DNA from: Octopus sinensis | Lineage: Eukaryota | Assembly: GCF_006345805.1 (NCBI RefSeq) | Contig: NC_043001.1 | Span: 8,866,001 to 8,930,000 of the forward strand | DNA length: 64,000 nt | Reading direction: 5' to 3' | Shown here: piece by piece, positions 38,381 to 51,735 of the stretch | Layout of the letters: each line of letters opens with the position of its first letter | Position numbering within the stretch: position 1 is the first letter of the stretch | Made by a program: the position numbers and the translations under genes | The notes under the pieces: model-generated | The model's input: the letters and a program-made list of their open reading frames with translations, nothing else | What the model was told of the DNA's origin: nothing | Databases searched by the model: none

Positions 38381-39776
38381 TCGTGAAACGCACGAAAAAG
38401 CTATAAGACAAACAAAAATCAATATTAAAAAAATAAAATAATGAACAAACGTATATATCGCAAAGTGAAACACTAAAGCAACACTGAAGCACATCACAAT
38501 ACAAAACACATTTGGCGAAAATACTCAGCAGTCATGCGCAGACGATGCGCCAAATGCAATAAGAATGGCGGCTTAGTGATACGCTGTCCTTTGCAAATGA
38601 GATCCGTCTGGAGAGGAGGAGCCTGCCACAAAGAGCGTTTGGGAAAAGATGGATGACAGTGGTAAGAAAGATGAGAATGCACGAGGCTGTGCTTGCACGG
38701 TCGGTCGGTGTATAAAGGAAAGGAAAATGATTACCAAAAGGGATAACCAACCGGCGGGCTATTTCACTAACCCGGACCCAAATTCTATCCAATCATCATG
38801 TATATTTTTAACTCTTATTCATAAAATATATGTAAATCCATCTGTCTTTTCATATTGTATAAAAGAAGCGTGTTTGTATCCTACATGTTCCGTGTCTGTC
38901 CTTGTAACGTCCCCTCTATGTAAACCTTTTTATGGGTAAATAAAGAAACATATCCTTTGCAAATGTTTCTTCAAACAAAAGAAGCTTAATCTGGAACATT
39001 TTCCTGGAGAAACAAAAGCGTGGAAGCGTTTATACCAGAAGACAGTCAATAGACTGCTACAATCCATCACAGAGGAGGAGGAGAATAAGTTAACAGCATT
39101 TTGTTAAGGCCACTCGAGGTTTGCTCTTTTCATCCTAAGATATAGAACCAGAATACACTTGGCAAATATTTTAAGTGAAACCTTTATTGTAGCGGTGGGA
39201 AGCATGGGTTATCATGTGTCATTTTTAAAAGCGGGGTTTAAGCCCAAATCGCTGGACAAACAACGCAGAGGATTCGGTAGAGAAAAATGATGAACAGCAA
39301 CAACAAAAAACCAAAAAAAAACAACGTAATGTGATTGTTTCCATTGGTGTATTTGAAACCAGTTTAACATTATCATATACTGAACACCTGATATAATTTC
39401 AGCAGTATTTTAGACACAAAAACAAAGAGTGGTCATGGGTGATAATGTGGACCAATAGTCAGTAGTGACTTAATTAATTATTAATACAATGTGCGCCAGT
39501 ACCTAGTGTAGTTGTAATTTTTGGTATGTGATCGGATGGTTTGACTTTGGAAAAAATTCTCATCAATCGGCATGACTACAAAATAATTCCTGATCTGTGA
39601 CCGGTAACGAAAGAACGTAGAGACACGGAATCTACAGAACACAGAATCTACAAGTGTAGCTGCTACACATGTGGCAGTAAAATTCACTTAAGCGTTTTCT
39701 ACACAGAAAGCCTGACAAGACATATCCATGTAAAATATAAGAACAAATTCGTAAGGTTATTGGTCCAAGCTATCGT

Positions 39777-40158
39777 GGCACTCCGTCGGTTACGACGACG
39801 AGGGTTCCAGTTCATCCGATCAACGAAACAGCCTGCTCGTGAAATTAACGTGCAAGTGGCTGAACTCACACAGATACGTGTAGGCTTAACGTAGTTCTCG
39901 GGGAGATTCAGCTTGATACAGAGCATGATAAACCTGGCCTTTCGAAATGCAGATACAACAGAAACAGGAAGAAAGTATGAGAGGAAATTATGGGGAAAGA
40001 GTACAGCAGGGTCTGCCACCCCCACCCCTGCCGGAGCCGAGTGGAGATGTAAGTATTTCCGCTCAATAAACACTCACAACGCCCGCTCTGGGAATTGAAA
40101 CCGCGATCCTGCGACCACGAGTCCGCTGACCTAACCACTGAGGCATCGTGCCTCCTCC
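39777..40158 (-). mobile_element. SINE family B, full length
   Basis: Reverse complement of 55476-55850. Confidence 0.85.
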
Positions 40159-41783
40159 TCGGTGCAAGTTAGGAACAGACGTATCTAAGAATTCTGAAAG
40201 CAATTTCCCCGTCTTTATTTCCAGAAGCGAATAAGTAGACAGAAATTGTAACCTTGAAGGTGAGAAGAGAAAATCAGAAAATAAAATGTAACATACAGTC
40301 AAGAATTAACTAAAATTGCCATAAAATATAAAAGAAAGCGTAAAGCACCTGTGAAATGGAGATATATCCCGAAAGAACTCAGCACTTTAATAGTGTAAAA
40401 TGTCTCCTGTACATTGAAATAAAGTTCAGTCATTCGCTGGACAAACATCGCAGAAGCTCCGGTAGAGAAAAATTATGAAAAGCCCCGAAAAAAACAAGAA
40501 AGAAAAAATAGATCAACGTATTGTGATTGTTCCCATTGGTGTATTTGAAACCAGTTTAATATTATCATATACTGGCAACCTGAAATTTATTCGCCATTGC
40601 ATGTAATTTCTCTATTGTAGCTTAACATTTCCTTAGCTTGTTATGATTTTCTCACAATTTACTGCTGTTTCAGCTTCTTTAATTTTTTCTTCTGTTTTCC
40701 AGTTTTGTGTTTTGTTGGTCCTTAAAAAACATTATTTTTCCTTAAAATACTCAGTATTTGGCTTTGTTGTGCAGCTATTTAAGTCTCCGCTATTTTTACG
40801 AGATATTTTGTGAGTCTATTTCAGGAAGATATTGCTACAATGGCTCTTGTTGCATAAAAACCCTACATCCATGTCTTCGAAGCCAATAAAATTCTTCACT
40901 CTCACATTTTAAGGAGTGTTTTCTAAAGGCAGTTATTTTTCTTTTTTTTTTATTTGCTTGTTCACAATCATGAATGCCGACTCAATATTTCTTCACGAAC
41001 GCTATTTTTTTTCCCTATTTACTTCTATTGCACATTAATTCTTAAGTATTCCTAAGTGAGTGCTTTTTTTTTAATCTCTTCCTCATATATCTATCTCATT
41101 ATCTAGAATTATTTTAGTATTTTTAATTGTCTTCTCTTGGCAAATATTTCTAATCGGAATCTCATATCAATTTCTCTTGCAAATCGACGTAATATCTCAA
41201 GTATTTTTGTTGTTTATCATCTGTAAAATTGACGAAGAAGTCAACTATACAAAAATTGTTATTTATTGTCCTCTAAACAATTTAACAAGTTGATTAAATA
41301 AGTTAATGACAGGCAGAAGAAGAAAGAAAGAGCATCCTTTTAAAATTCCTCTCTTTAAGGAGATGGGTTTACGTCTTTATAAATCTCATTTTTTTCTTTA
41401 TCTGCAGAAATTTCGGCCTGTTATTCCGGCAGTCTTTAATGTTCTGCTTCTAAATAATTTAATCTCTTTCAATGTTAATAGGATCCATACAAGCGTAGCA
41501 TTGACAAAAGCATTCTAGTATTCACGCCAATGCATCTTTGACTACTTATTGTTCTTCTACAGCCGTTGATATCATTGTTGAATGATAATTAATTATTATA
41601 GCCGTGTATAAGCTTTGAATCATACACTTTGCTCTCCAGGGAACATGTTTTATTTTTTATTTATCCTTGCTTATTTATCCCGCGCGTTATTCATGCAGGC
41701 AAAGCACGTAAGGTGCAAGGCGACTTATTATTGCCTCTAATTTGCCACGTATCTGTTAGCAACTCTATAACCAATTGAATACC

Positions 41784-42197
41784 TATTTCTTACTGCCTAC
41801 AAGGGCTACAAACAGAGGGGACAAACAAGGACAGACAAACGGATAAAGTCCATTATATCGACCCCAGTGCGTAACTGGTACTTATTTAATCGACCCTGAA
41901 ATAATGAAAGGTAAAGTCAACGACAGCGGAATTTGAACTCACAACGTAACAGCAGACGAAATGCCTATTTCATTACAACCCTCAAGGGGCTAAACACAGA
42001 GAGGACAAACAAGGACAGACAAACGGACTAAGTTGATTATATTGACCCCAGTGCGTAACTGGTACTTATTTAATCGATCCCGAAAGGATGAAAGGCAAAG
42101 TCGACCTCGGCGGAATTTGAAATCACAACGTAGCGGCAGACGAAATACTGGTAAGCATTTCGCCCGGTGTGCTAACGTTTCTGCCAGCTCACCGCCT
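41784..42197 (-). mobile_element. SINE family A dimer with 18-bp TSD
   Basis: tataacca(a/c)ttgaatacc on both flanks. Confidence 0.88.
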
Positions 42198-42299
42198 TTA
42201 TAACCACTTGAATACCGTAACTTAAATTCCAGGATCAGATCGCTCTGTGTGTGTGTGTGGCTTTTGTTTAGTGTAGGCGCTGATCTTTTATCTCCGTGA

Positions 42300-42662
42300 T
42301 ACACCGTCGGTCACGACGGCAAGTTTTCCAATTGAACCGATCAGCGAAACAGAACTGCTCGCGAAATTAACGTGCAAGTGTACAGACACGTATACCCTTA
42401 AAGTAGTTCTCGTGGAGATTCAGCGTGACACAGAGTGTGACAAGACTGGCCCTGTGAAATACAGGTATAGCAGAAAAGAACGAAAAAATGAAAGCTGTGG
42501 TGAAAGAGTACAATAGGGTTCGCTACCAACCCCAACCGGAGCTTTGCGGAGCTTTAGGTGTTTTTGCTCAGTAAACAATCACAATGCCCGGTTTGTGAAT
42601 TGAAACCGCGATCTTATGACCGCGAGTACCTCTGCCCTAACCACTGGACCATTGCGTCTACA
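42300..42662 (-). mobile_element. SINE family B
   Basis: Head ccctaaccactgg..cattgcg and tail ccgtcggtcacgacg. Confidence 0.8.
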
Positions 42663-42829
42663 CTTTTTATCTTAGTCAGATCAGTGTATATATTATATAC
42701 ATATTCATTATGAACCTCCCCAGGATATTTCCTTATTCTTATTTCTATTTTCTAATTGTGAACTAAACTTTCATAAAAATTACTTTTCATTTGCGTTGCA
42801 CTGATCGATTAAGAAATGTATTGAATTCA

Positions 42830-43735
42830 TATCGATGTTCAAATTATGCCGACTTCAACTTTACTTTTCATCGTTTCGGACTCGATGAAACAAATAGTCT
42901 TTTCTACTCTAGCCTGAAGGCCCGAAATTTTGGACGAGGAAGCCAGTCGATTAGCTCGACTCCAGTAAGCAACTGGAAATGATGAAATGTAAAGTCGACC
43001 TCAGCGGAATTTGAACTCAGAACATAAAGACAGGTGAAATGCCGCTAAGCATTTCTCACGGCATGCTAACGTGTCAGCTAGATAATCGCCTTTTCTACGG
43101 TAGGCAGAAGGCCCGAAATTTTGGGGGAGGGGTCCAGTCGATTAGATCGACTCCAGTATGCAAGTGGTACTTAATTTATCGACCCCGAAAGGATGAAAGG
43201 AAAAGTCGACCGCGGCGGAATTTGAACTAAGAACGTAATGACAGACGAAATACTTATCTCTTTATTGCCCACAAGGGTCTAAACATAAAGGGGAAAAACA
43301 AGGACAGACAAACGGATTAAGTCGATTGCATCGACCCCAGTGCGTAAGTGGTACTTATTAAATCGAACCCGAAAGGATGAAAGGCAAAGTCGACCTCGGG
43401 GGAATTTGAGCTTAGAACGTAGCCGCAGACGAAATACCTATTTCTTTACTACCCACAAGGGGCCAAACACAGAGGGGACTAGCAAGGACAGACAAACGGA
43501 TTAAGTCGATTATATCGAACCCAGTGCGCAACTGGTACTTAATTTATCGACACCGAAAGGATGAAAGGCAAATTCGACCTCGGCGGAATTTGAACTAAGA
43601 ACGTAACGGCAGACGAAATACAGCTACGCATTTCGTCCGGCGTGCTATGTGTCAGCCATCTCATTGCCTTACGATGAAATAGATATTAGTTAAGTACTGG
43701 GGTGAATGTTGTCCACTTACCCCGTCTTCTAAAAT
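42830..43735 (-). mobile_element. Cluster/multimer of SINE family A units
   Basis: At least four repeats of aaagtcgacc…ggaatttgaact…cagacgaaata. Confidence 0.85.
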
Positions 43736-45029
43736 TACTAGCTTCGTACAAGTATTTGAAAGCAATATATTGCTGTCACTTTGTGTAGTGGCGTCATAAT
43801 GCGTGGATAAACGTAAACCGTTTGTGTCTATCGTTATTTCAATTCGGATCCATGGCTTTTAGCTGCTTTGATATCTCTGTAGATTCGTCTCTCTAATTCT
43901 CTAATTTTGTTTATGTCTGACAGATGTAAGACCTACGTTAGGAAGTTTTAATTTTTACGGCACATTTAAATTTATCAATTGTGTTTTTTATTCAACTCCT
44001 GCGTTTTGATTACATACATTTCCTGATTTTATCGTTGGTTACTTTTTCGTAAAATCTTTTCCAGCTAATTCAATGTCACTTAAGACTGATATTTCAATTA
44101 AGAAGCACTTTTCTTCAGATAGTTTTTGGTAATATCCTGTCGTTAAACGTGGATTTCCCTGTTCTTGTGAATTGGTTATCCTAAATATAGTTGTTTTGTC
44201 ATTCACCGCTATCATTCTTAGAGTACGTTTATTCTATTTCTGTTCTATCTTCATTTAATAATTCTGGCATAATTTCCTGGATGTGAAGCTTGCTAATTTG
44301 TCAGGCTTATAGACACATTCTTTTTCAAGTTTTAAAAAAAGCCAGCGACTGCTGTCAATTGTTCCTCCCAACAATTGAAACAAATGGTAAAATATATTCT
44401 TTTTGATTGCTTGGGTTTTGCTTCTTCTGATGTGAAAGGTTTAATTAGGTCCCACCATCAAATATTTGAGTTATCTGTCCTGTTCCTCTGAAACAGTATA
44501 GCAATTAGAGCTTACCTACCTTCACACTTCAATGCTTCGGATTTTGGCCACCAGAGGGTTTTTTCCATGACAGTCTCCCACTCCATTTTTTGCTTAGTTT
44601 TTATTCAGTTTCCCAATGTCTTATCTCTGCTTTACATTTCCCAACGAAACTTCCTTTTTTATTTCTGTGTTTCTTTTCTATAAATGCAGAAAATACTTTA
44701 CCGTTTTTTTCCCGTGCCATGAAATCATTTCCATTAGCTTTCCATTGTCCTTTACTGAATATTTCTGTAGTCTTATAATGTATATCAGACAATAGATATT
44801 TTAATGGTCTTTTTGTCAAAAACTATATTTCTATATTAGATTTAGGGTTACATATTCTAAAAGCAATGATTAGTTTTCGGTTTTTCTTTCATGGATTTAT
44901 TTTCCGTAGTCTTCATAATTACTATACCGTCCAATATAATAATAAATAACGGCAGCAGTTAGAATATTGATGGGAATCACATCAAAACCCTCTCCGCACT
45001 CCTATATGTATATTATATATAATATATAT

Positions 45030-45060
<31 letters not shown>

Positions 45061-45195
45061 GGTATATATATATATATATATATATAGGTATATAAAATAT
45101 TATTCGAGACAATATATAGGTATATATATATATATAATATATATATATATAGTATATATATATATATATATATATATATAGGTATATATATATAT

Positions 45196-46438
45196 ACTTT
45201 GATACTTTGATACTTTGATAGGTTTCGGCCATTATTGGCCAGGCCATGTCTAACTTAATAGCACCACCTGGTGAAGTCTTTCAAGTCAGAATTTGGGCAC
45301 TATGGCCACTCAAGTAGAGAGTTATTGTTTACAGAGACATATCCGGTGTAGGGGTTTATCCGGGATTTCTTGAAGGAATCTGTCCAAAGACTTCTTGAAA
45401 CCTATAGGGTCAGTTTCTGTTTTAATGTGTTTTGGTGTAATGTTAAAGAGAGCGGGGCCAATGAGGTGAAATAATTGTGCCGTATTGTTGTTATGAGATG
45501 AGAGTGCGATTTTGTTTTGGGCGGATGGCACGGGGCCCAAGCCTTGGATGTACCTTAAAGGTGATGCCAACATCATTTGGGCAATGCTGATGGAATATTT
45601 TCCACATCATGCAGATGATGTAGCGCTCACGACGACGTTGGAGAGAATAGAGTTTTAGCTTTTCTAGTCGACCCCAATAGTCGAGGCCTGTCATGCCATC
45701 TATCTTTTTTGTGATTGCCCTTTGAGGTGCTTCGACTTTTTTGATACCTTGTATTGTGTGGGGAGACCACAGTGGACAACAGTATTCAAGGTGGGGTCGG
45801 GCAAAAGTGGAGAAGAGAAGGATAATGGTGTGGATATCTCTCGACTGGAAAGTTCTGAGAATCCAGGAACACATTCTGCGGGCCATGTCAACTTTGGTGT
45901 TTATATGAGTGGCCAGCTTACGTTGTGTCCACAATTACTCCCAAGTCTCTGATGTTGTTGGACGCCGCGAGAGTTTCACCTGAAGGAAGGGAGTATGGGA
46001 GTTTCAGGGCATCCTCTTTTCCAAAGTGGATTAGCTCAAATTTATCCTCGTTCAGCAGCATATTGTTTTTTTCTGCCCATTGGATAACAGCCAGTAGATC
46101 TGACTGAAGGCATGTCCGGTCACTCGCCTCATTTATGACCTTCTGTAGCTTGGAGTCATCTGCAAAGATTTTTATGTTGCTGTGCTTGATGATGTCATTA
46201 ATGTCATTAATGTAAATGATGAAAAGAAGAGTGGCCCAGCACAGTGCCTTGCGGACGCCAATACTGACTTTGGCTGGGCTTGATTTTCCCCTTCAACTAC
46301 AACATGTTGAGATCTGTCTGTCAGGAAACACTTAATCCATTTCAGTAACTTTCCAGAGACACCAATGTTGGATAGTTTTTTCAATAGGATCTTGTGATCG
46401 ACCCTGTCGAAGGCCTTACTGAAATCAAGGTAGATGAT
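45196..46438 (-). mobile_element. 5'-truncated CR1/L2-group LINE in (TA)n
   Basis: [35 protein letters not shown] and LYSLQRRRERY. 3' stem-loop and (ATCAAAGT)3 tail. Confidence 0.92.
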
Positions 46439-46440
46439 AT

Positions 46441-46445
46441 AGGTA

Positions 46446-46488
<43 letters not shown>

Positions 46489-46512
46489 TATATATATATA
46501 TATATTATATAT

Positions 46513-46543
<31 letters not shown>

Positions 46544-46566
46544 GGTATATATATTATATAATATAT

Positions 46567-46636
<70 letters not shown>

Positions 46637-46653
46637 TAAATATATATATATAT

Positions 46654-46692
<39 letters not shown>

Positions 46693-46779
46693 TATATATA
46701 TATATATATATATAATATATATATATATATAGGTATATATATAATATATATATATATATATAATATATATATATATAGG

Positions 46780-46816
<37 letters not shown>

Positions 46817-47287
46817 TATATATGTGTATATCTAGGTGTATATGTGTATATCTAGGTGTATATGTGTATATATAGGTATATATGTGTATATCTACGTGTA
46901 TATGTGTATATATAGGTATATATGTGTATATATAGGTATATATGTGTATATATATGTATTTATATATATATATGTATTTATATATATATGTGTATATATA
47001 TGTATATATATGTATATATATGTATATATATATATGTGTATATGTATATATATGTATGTATATGTATATATATATATGCATATATATATATGCGTGTATA
47101 TATATGCATATATATATATATGTGTGTATATATATATATGTAAAGATATATGTAAAAATATATGTATATATATATGTAAATATATATGATATATATATAT
47201 ATGTATATATATATATGTAAATATATATGTATATATATATGCATATGTATATGTATATATATATATGCATATGTATATATATATGTG

Positions 47288-47318
<31 letters not shown>

Positions 47319-48271
47319 GTATATATATGTATATATATATGTATATATAATATGTATATATATGATATCTGTATATATATATATGTATATATATATGCAT
47401 ATATATATGTGTATATATGTATATATATATATATGTGTATATATGTATATATATATATGTATATATATATGTGTATATATGTATGTATATATGTATATAT
47501 ATATGTATGTATATATGTATGTATATATGTATATATATATGTAATCTATTATGTATATATATATGGTATATATATATGTATATTATATATGTATATATAT
47601 ATATGGTATATATATTGTATATATATGTATAATATATATATATATATATGTATATATATATGTATATAGATATATGTATATATATATGTATATATATATG
47701 TATATATATATGTATATATATATGTATATATATTATATATATGTATATATATATATGTATATATATATGTATATATATATGCATGTATATATGTATATAT
47801 GTATATATAATTTATTATATATATATATGTATATATATATGTATATATGTATATATATATATGGATATATATGTATATATATATATGTATATATATGTAT
47901 ATTATATATGTATATATTATGTGTATATATATGTATATATATGTATGTATATGTATATATATATGTATTATATGTATATATATATGTATATATATGTATA
48001 TATATGTATATATATATGTATATATATATGTGTGTATATATATATATGTGTGTGTATATATATATGTGTTTATATAGTGTATATATATATATATGTTGTG
48101 TATATATAATTGTATATATATATGTATAAAATACATGTATATATATATGCGTATATATATATATGTATATATATATATGTGTATATATATATATGTATAT
48201 ATGTATATATATATGTATAAAATACATGTATATATATATGCGTATATATATATGTATTATATATATATGTG

Positions 48272-48305
<34 letters not shown>

Positions 48306-48894
48306 TGTGTGTATATATATATGTATATATATATGTGTATATATATGTGTATATATATGGTATATATATATATATATATGTATATATATGTGTGTGTATA
48401 TATATGTATATATATATTATATATAGTATCTATATGTGTGTGTTATATAAGTATATATATGTGTGTATATATATGTATATATATATCTGTGTATGTATAT
48501 ATATATATTGATGTGTATGTATATATATATGTTATATATATATGTGTGTATATATATGTATATTATATCTTGTGTATGTATATATATATGTATAATATAT
48601 ATATGTGTATGTATATATATATGTATATATCTGTTGTATGTATATATATGTATATATATCTGTGTATGTATATATATATGTATATATATCTGTGTATGTA
48701 TATATATATGTATATATATATATAGTGTATGTATATATATATGTATATATATCTGTGTATGTATATATATATGTATATATATATCTGTGTATATATATAT
48801 ATATGTATATATATATCTGTGTATGTATATATATATGTATATATATGTGTATACGTATATATATATATATGTATATATATATCTATATGTATGT

Positions 48895-48931
<37 letters not shown>

Positions 48932-48935
48932 CATA
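46441..48935. repeat. 2.5-kb degenerate (TA)n/(TATG)n tract with 20- and 28-bp higher-order units
   Basis: Direct inspection. Confidence 0.95.
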
Positions 48936-49173
48936 CACATTAGCGGTGTTTTTAAGGATAATTCATCGTGACGTGTCTCTAAAATTCCTACTTGGTATTT
49001 CCTTTAACGCATGTGTTCCAGGCTGTCTCGTTCATTAATTCTTCAGTATTTATGATACCGTATTTCTTCTAATTGTCAAATGGCCGTTACTTTCTTTAAT
49101 GTATCATTAATGATCTTAAATGGCTTTCGTCTCTGATATGACCTTTGCTGCCGTTGGGCATTTGTTTACTTAC

Positions 49174-49396
49174 CAAAATTTCATATCAATTCACCTAATG
49201 AAACAGGTAGTGTCTAGAGAACTAATACTTGCTGATTTTGTACCGATTTCGACTTCAACTCGACCATGTACAGAAAACGACTCATGTGCTCAGAGCATTT
49301 TGTACGTGTGTTGTGTCAGGTTTAAAATGTTGTTTAAAGATGAATGGGTCTCGAAAATAGAAAATGAAGAGAAAGTTTCTTCAGTATATTATTCAT
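49174..49396 (-). pseudogene. GREB1-like exon with stops and frameshifts
   Basis: Frames EETFSSFSIFETHSSL, EHMSRFLYMV and CFIR*ID correspond to KKGFCYFTEFSNHINL, KHLKYYLV and LICWKG (recalled). Strong |gtaagt donor. Confidence 0.6.
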
Positions 49397-49600
49397 CTTA
49401 GAGAAATTAGGTTATTTGGTTTCTCACAACAAAATTCTCTAGGAATTAAATATTATGTGCTTCAAACTGGTGCAGCTTTTGAAAGAGACTTGTATATATA
49501 TATATATATATATATATAAAACTCAGGTATTAGAAATCGCATGAAATATCCTGTTACTAAACACGCGCCATATTTAACCCATACTTTTCCTTCTCCAGTA

Positions 49601-49786
49601 CAGTAATACCTGAACTATCACGCGTGTTACGTTCTGAAACCTCCCACAGAAATAATGAAAATCTAAAATATATAAACATCTATCGACCGCAGATACACGC
49701 GATATAGATTTACATATATTAGCCAGAAAAATTCATGATGTACTGAGTGCGCAATAGGTGAACCGCAATATGGCGAGAGATTACTG
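49601..49786. mobile_element. pogo/Tigger-like MITE
   Basis: ta|CAGTAATACC…gagaTTACTG termini. Confidence 0.6.
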
Positions 49787-49824
49787 CATTCGACCGTATC
49801 TATGTTGAATCTACTATCTTTTAC

Positions 49825-50037
49825 AATATTTACATTTGACGGATATTTTTCTTCATCTTGTTTGTTGTTAACACAACGTTTCGGGTGATATTCTCTCCAG
49901 CATTCATCAGGAGTCTTGGGGTAAATTTCGAATGGTTTCTCATTCCTAAGGTATTTTTCGATGTTATTATTATTATCGTTATTACAATTATTATTATTAT
50001 TATTATTAATATTCAGGTCACTGCCTGGAATCGAACA
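49825..50037 (-). mobile_element. Hammerhead-SINE copy 3 (5'-truncated at the B box)
   Basis: Hammerhead at 49870-49915: gactc CTGATGA…GAAAC GTT gtgtt. Confidence 0.85.
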
Positions 50038-50039
50038 CG

Positions 50040-50312
50040 AGCATATGGCGTAGAAGTTAAAAGCGTGGACTACTTAGCCCAAAATTCTGAGTTCGATTCC
50101 AGGCAGTCACCTGAATAATAATATTAATAATAATAATAATAATAATAGTAATAATAATAATATCATAGAAAAATACCTTAAGAATGAGAACGGATGTTCG
50201 AAATTTCCCCAAGACACCTGATGAAAGCTGGAGGGTATATCAGCCGAAACTTTATGTTAACAACAAACAAGATGAGGAAAATATCCGTCAAATGTAAATA
50301 ACGTACATAATA
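50040..50312 (+). mobile_element. Hammerhead-SINE copy 4
   Basis: tRNA head, (AAT)n, hammerhead at 50213-50258: gacac CTGATGA a agctg…cagcc GAAAC. Confidence 0.85.
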
Positions 50313-50932
50313 TTATTTTGTATTTTATGCATAGTAATCAGAGTAACCTTCATAATTTTATTGAATTAGGTGCATATTTTGCCATAAAAGTTAAATGTTG
50401 CTATCGATCTATTTTATTCAAGGTAGGCACTGCCTACCAAGGTGGCACGTCCCTGGTATGTATATAAAAATATAGACATTTGCGCCAGATGCCACGCAGT
50501 AGGACTGAACCTAGAACCATGTGGTTGGGAAGAAAGATTCTTACCGCACAGCCAAGCTTGCTGCTATTCGGGATTAAACGTTTTCTCTCTTTACTCTGTC
50601 AGTATTTTCATCATCATCAAAACATCAGCATCCTCAACATCATTATCGTCATCATCATAAACGCAATCCTCCTTTTCCTTCTCCTCACCCTCCTCCTTCT
50701 CCTCCTCCTCCTCATCATCATCATTTTTGCCGTTGTTGTAGTGAAGGCAGCGTTCTGGCAGAATCGTTAGCTTACCAGAGAAAATGATCAGCCACCGCTT
50801 TTCGGACTATATGTTCTGACTTCAAATTCCGCGGTGTCGACTATGCCTTTCATCTGACTGGAGTCAGTGTAATCTACAAAATTTTTCTCCAAACATTTCT
50901 TGTAGAAAGCATTTCTATTTTTATTACACCGA

Positions 50933-51201
50933 GTCAGCTGACAGCGATACGTAAACCGACTGTAGGATGCATGTATTTTGGAGTGGCTAACTCTTCTCCA
51001 GCCGCAAAGACCTTTACTGAAACGAGAGACAGATACTTCTTATGATATTTCCGTCATTGTACAATGACTGATTGCGCTATTCAGCGGTGTTACAGCGCTA
51101 AGCAGCGACAACCTTTCTGATCTGCAGCTGAAGAGGAGATAACCACTTTGAAATGCATGCATCCTACCCCACAGACTGGTCAGTTGTCGCTGTCAGCTGA
51201 C
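50933..51201. mobile_element. Old MITE with degenerate TIRs of about 75 bp
   Basis: gtcagctgacagcga…taggatgcatg / catgcatccta…tcgctgtcagctgac. Confidence 0.65.
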
Positions 51202-51327
51202 ACGCTGAATTTACACCTCTTTCTTAATAGCGTTACATTATCTTCATAAAAATATACAATGGATGGCTCTCTTGCGGCTTCGAATGTGCTCCAGGCATAT
51301 CTTAATCGGTAACAAATTTGTATATAT

Positions 51328-51735
51328 TTATTTATTGCCCACAAGGGGTTAAACACAGAGGAGATAAACAAGGACAGAGAAAGGGATTAAGTCGATTACA
51401 TGCACTCAGTGCAAAACTGGTACTTTATTTATCGACCCCGAAAGGATGAAACGCAAAGTCGACCTCGGCGGAATTTGAACTCACATCGTAACGACAGACG
51501 AAATACCTATTTCTTTACTACCCACAAGGGGCTAAACAGATAGGATAAACAAGGACAGACAAACGGATTAAGTCGATTATATCGACCCCAGTGCGTAACT
51601 GGTACCCAATTTATCGACCCCGAAATGATGAAAGGCAATGTCGAGCTCGGCGGAATTTGAACTCACAACGTAAAGACAAACGAAATACCGCTTAGTATCT
51701 CGCCCGGCGTGCTAACGTTTCTGCTAGCTCGCCGC
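51328..51735 (-). mobile_element. SINE family A dimer with TSD of about 27 bp
   Basis: cttaatcggtaacaaatttgtatatat at 51301 and 51736. Confidence 0.9.

Noticed and set aside
42830-43735. Regularly repeated units resembling a CRISPR array
   Set aside because: Units are SINE bodies of about 185 bp without unique spacers, in a eukaryotic context with no cas genes.
45200-45250. ggcc-aataat-ggccGAAAC as a hammerhead (also about 55190-55217)
   Set aside because: No upstream CUGANGA; it is the 3' stem-loop of the CR1-group LINE.
46554-49038. Long Y/I/M/C/V-rich ORFs (also near 3000, 12400, 27500, 32300 and 62500)
   Set aside because: Translations of (TA)n/(TATG)n microsatellites.
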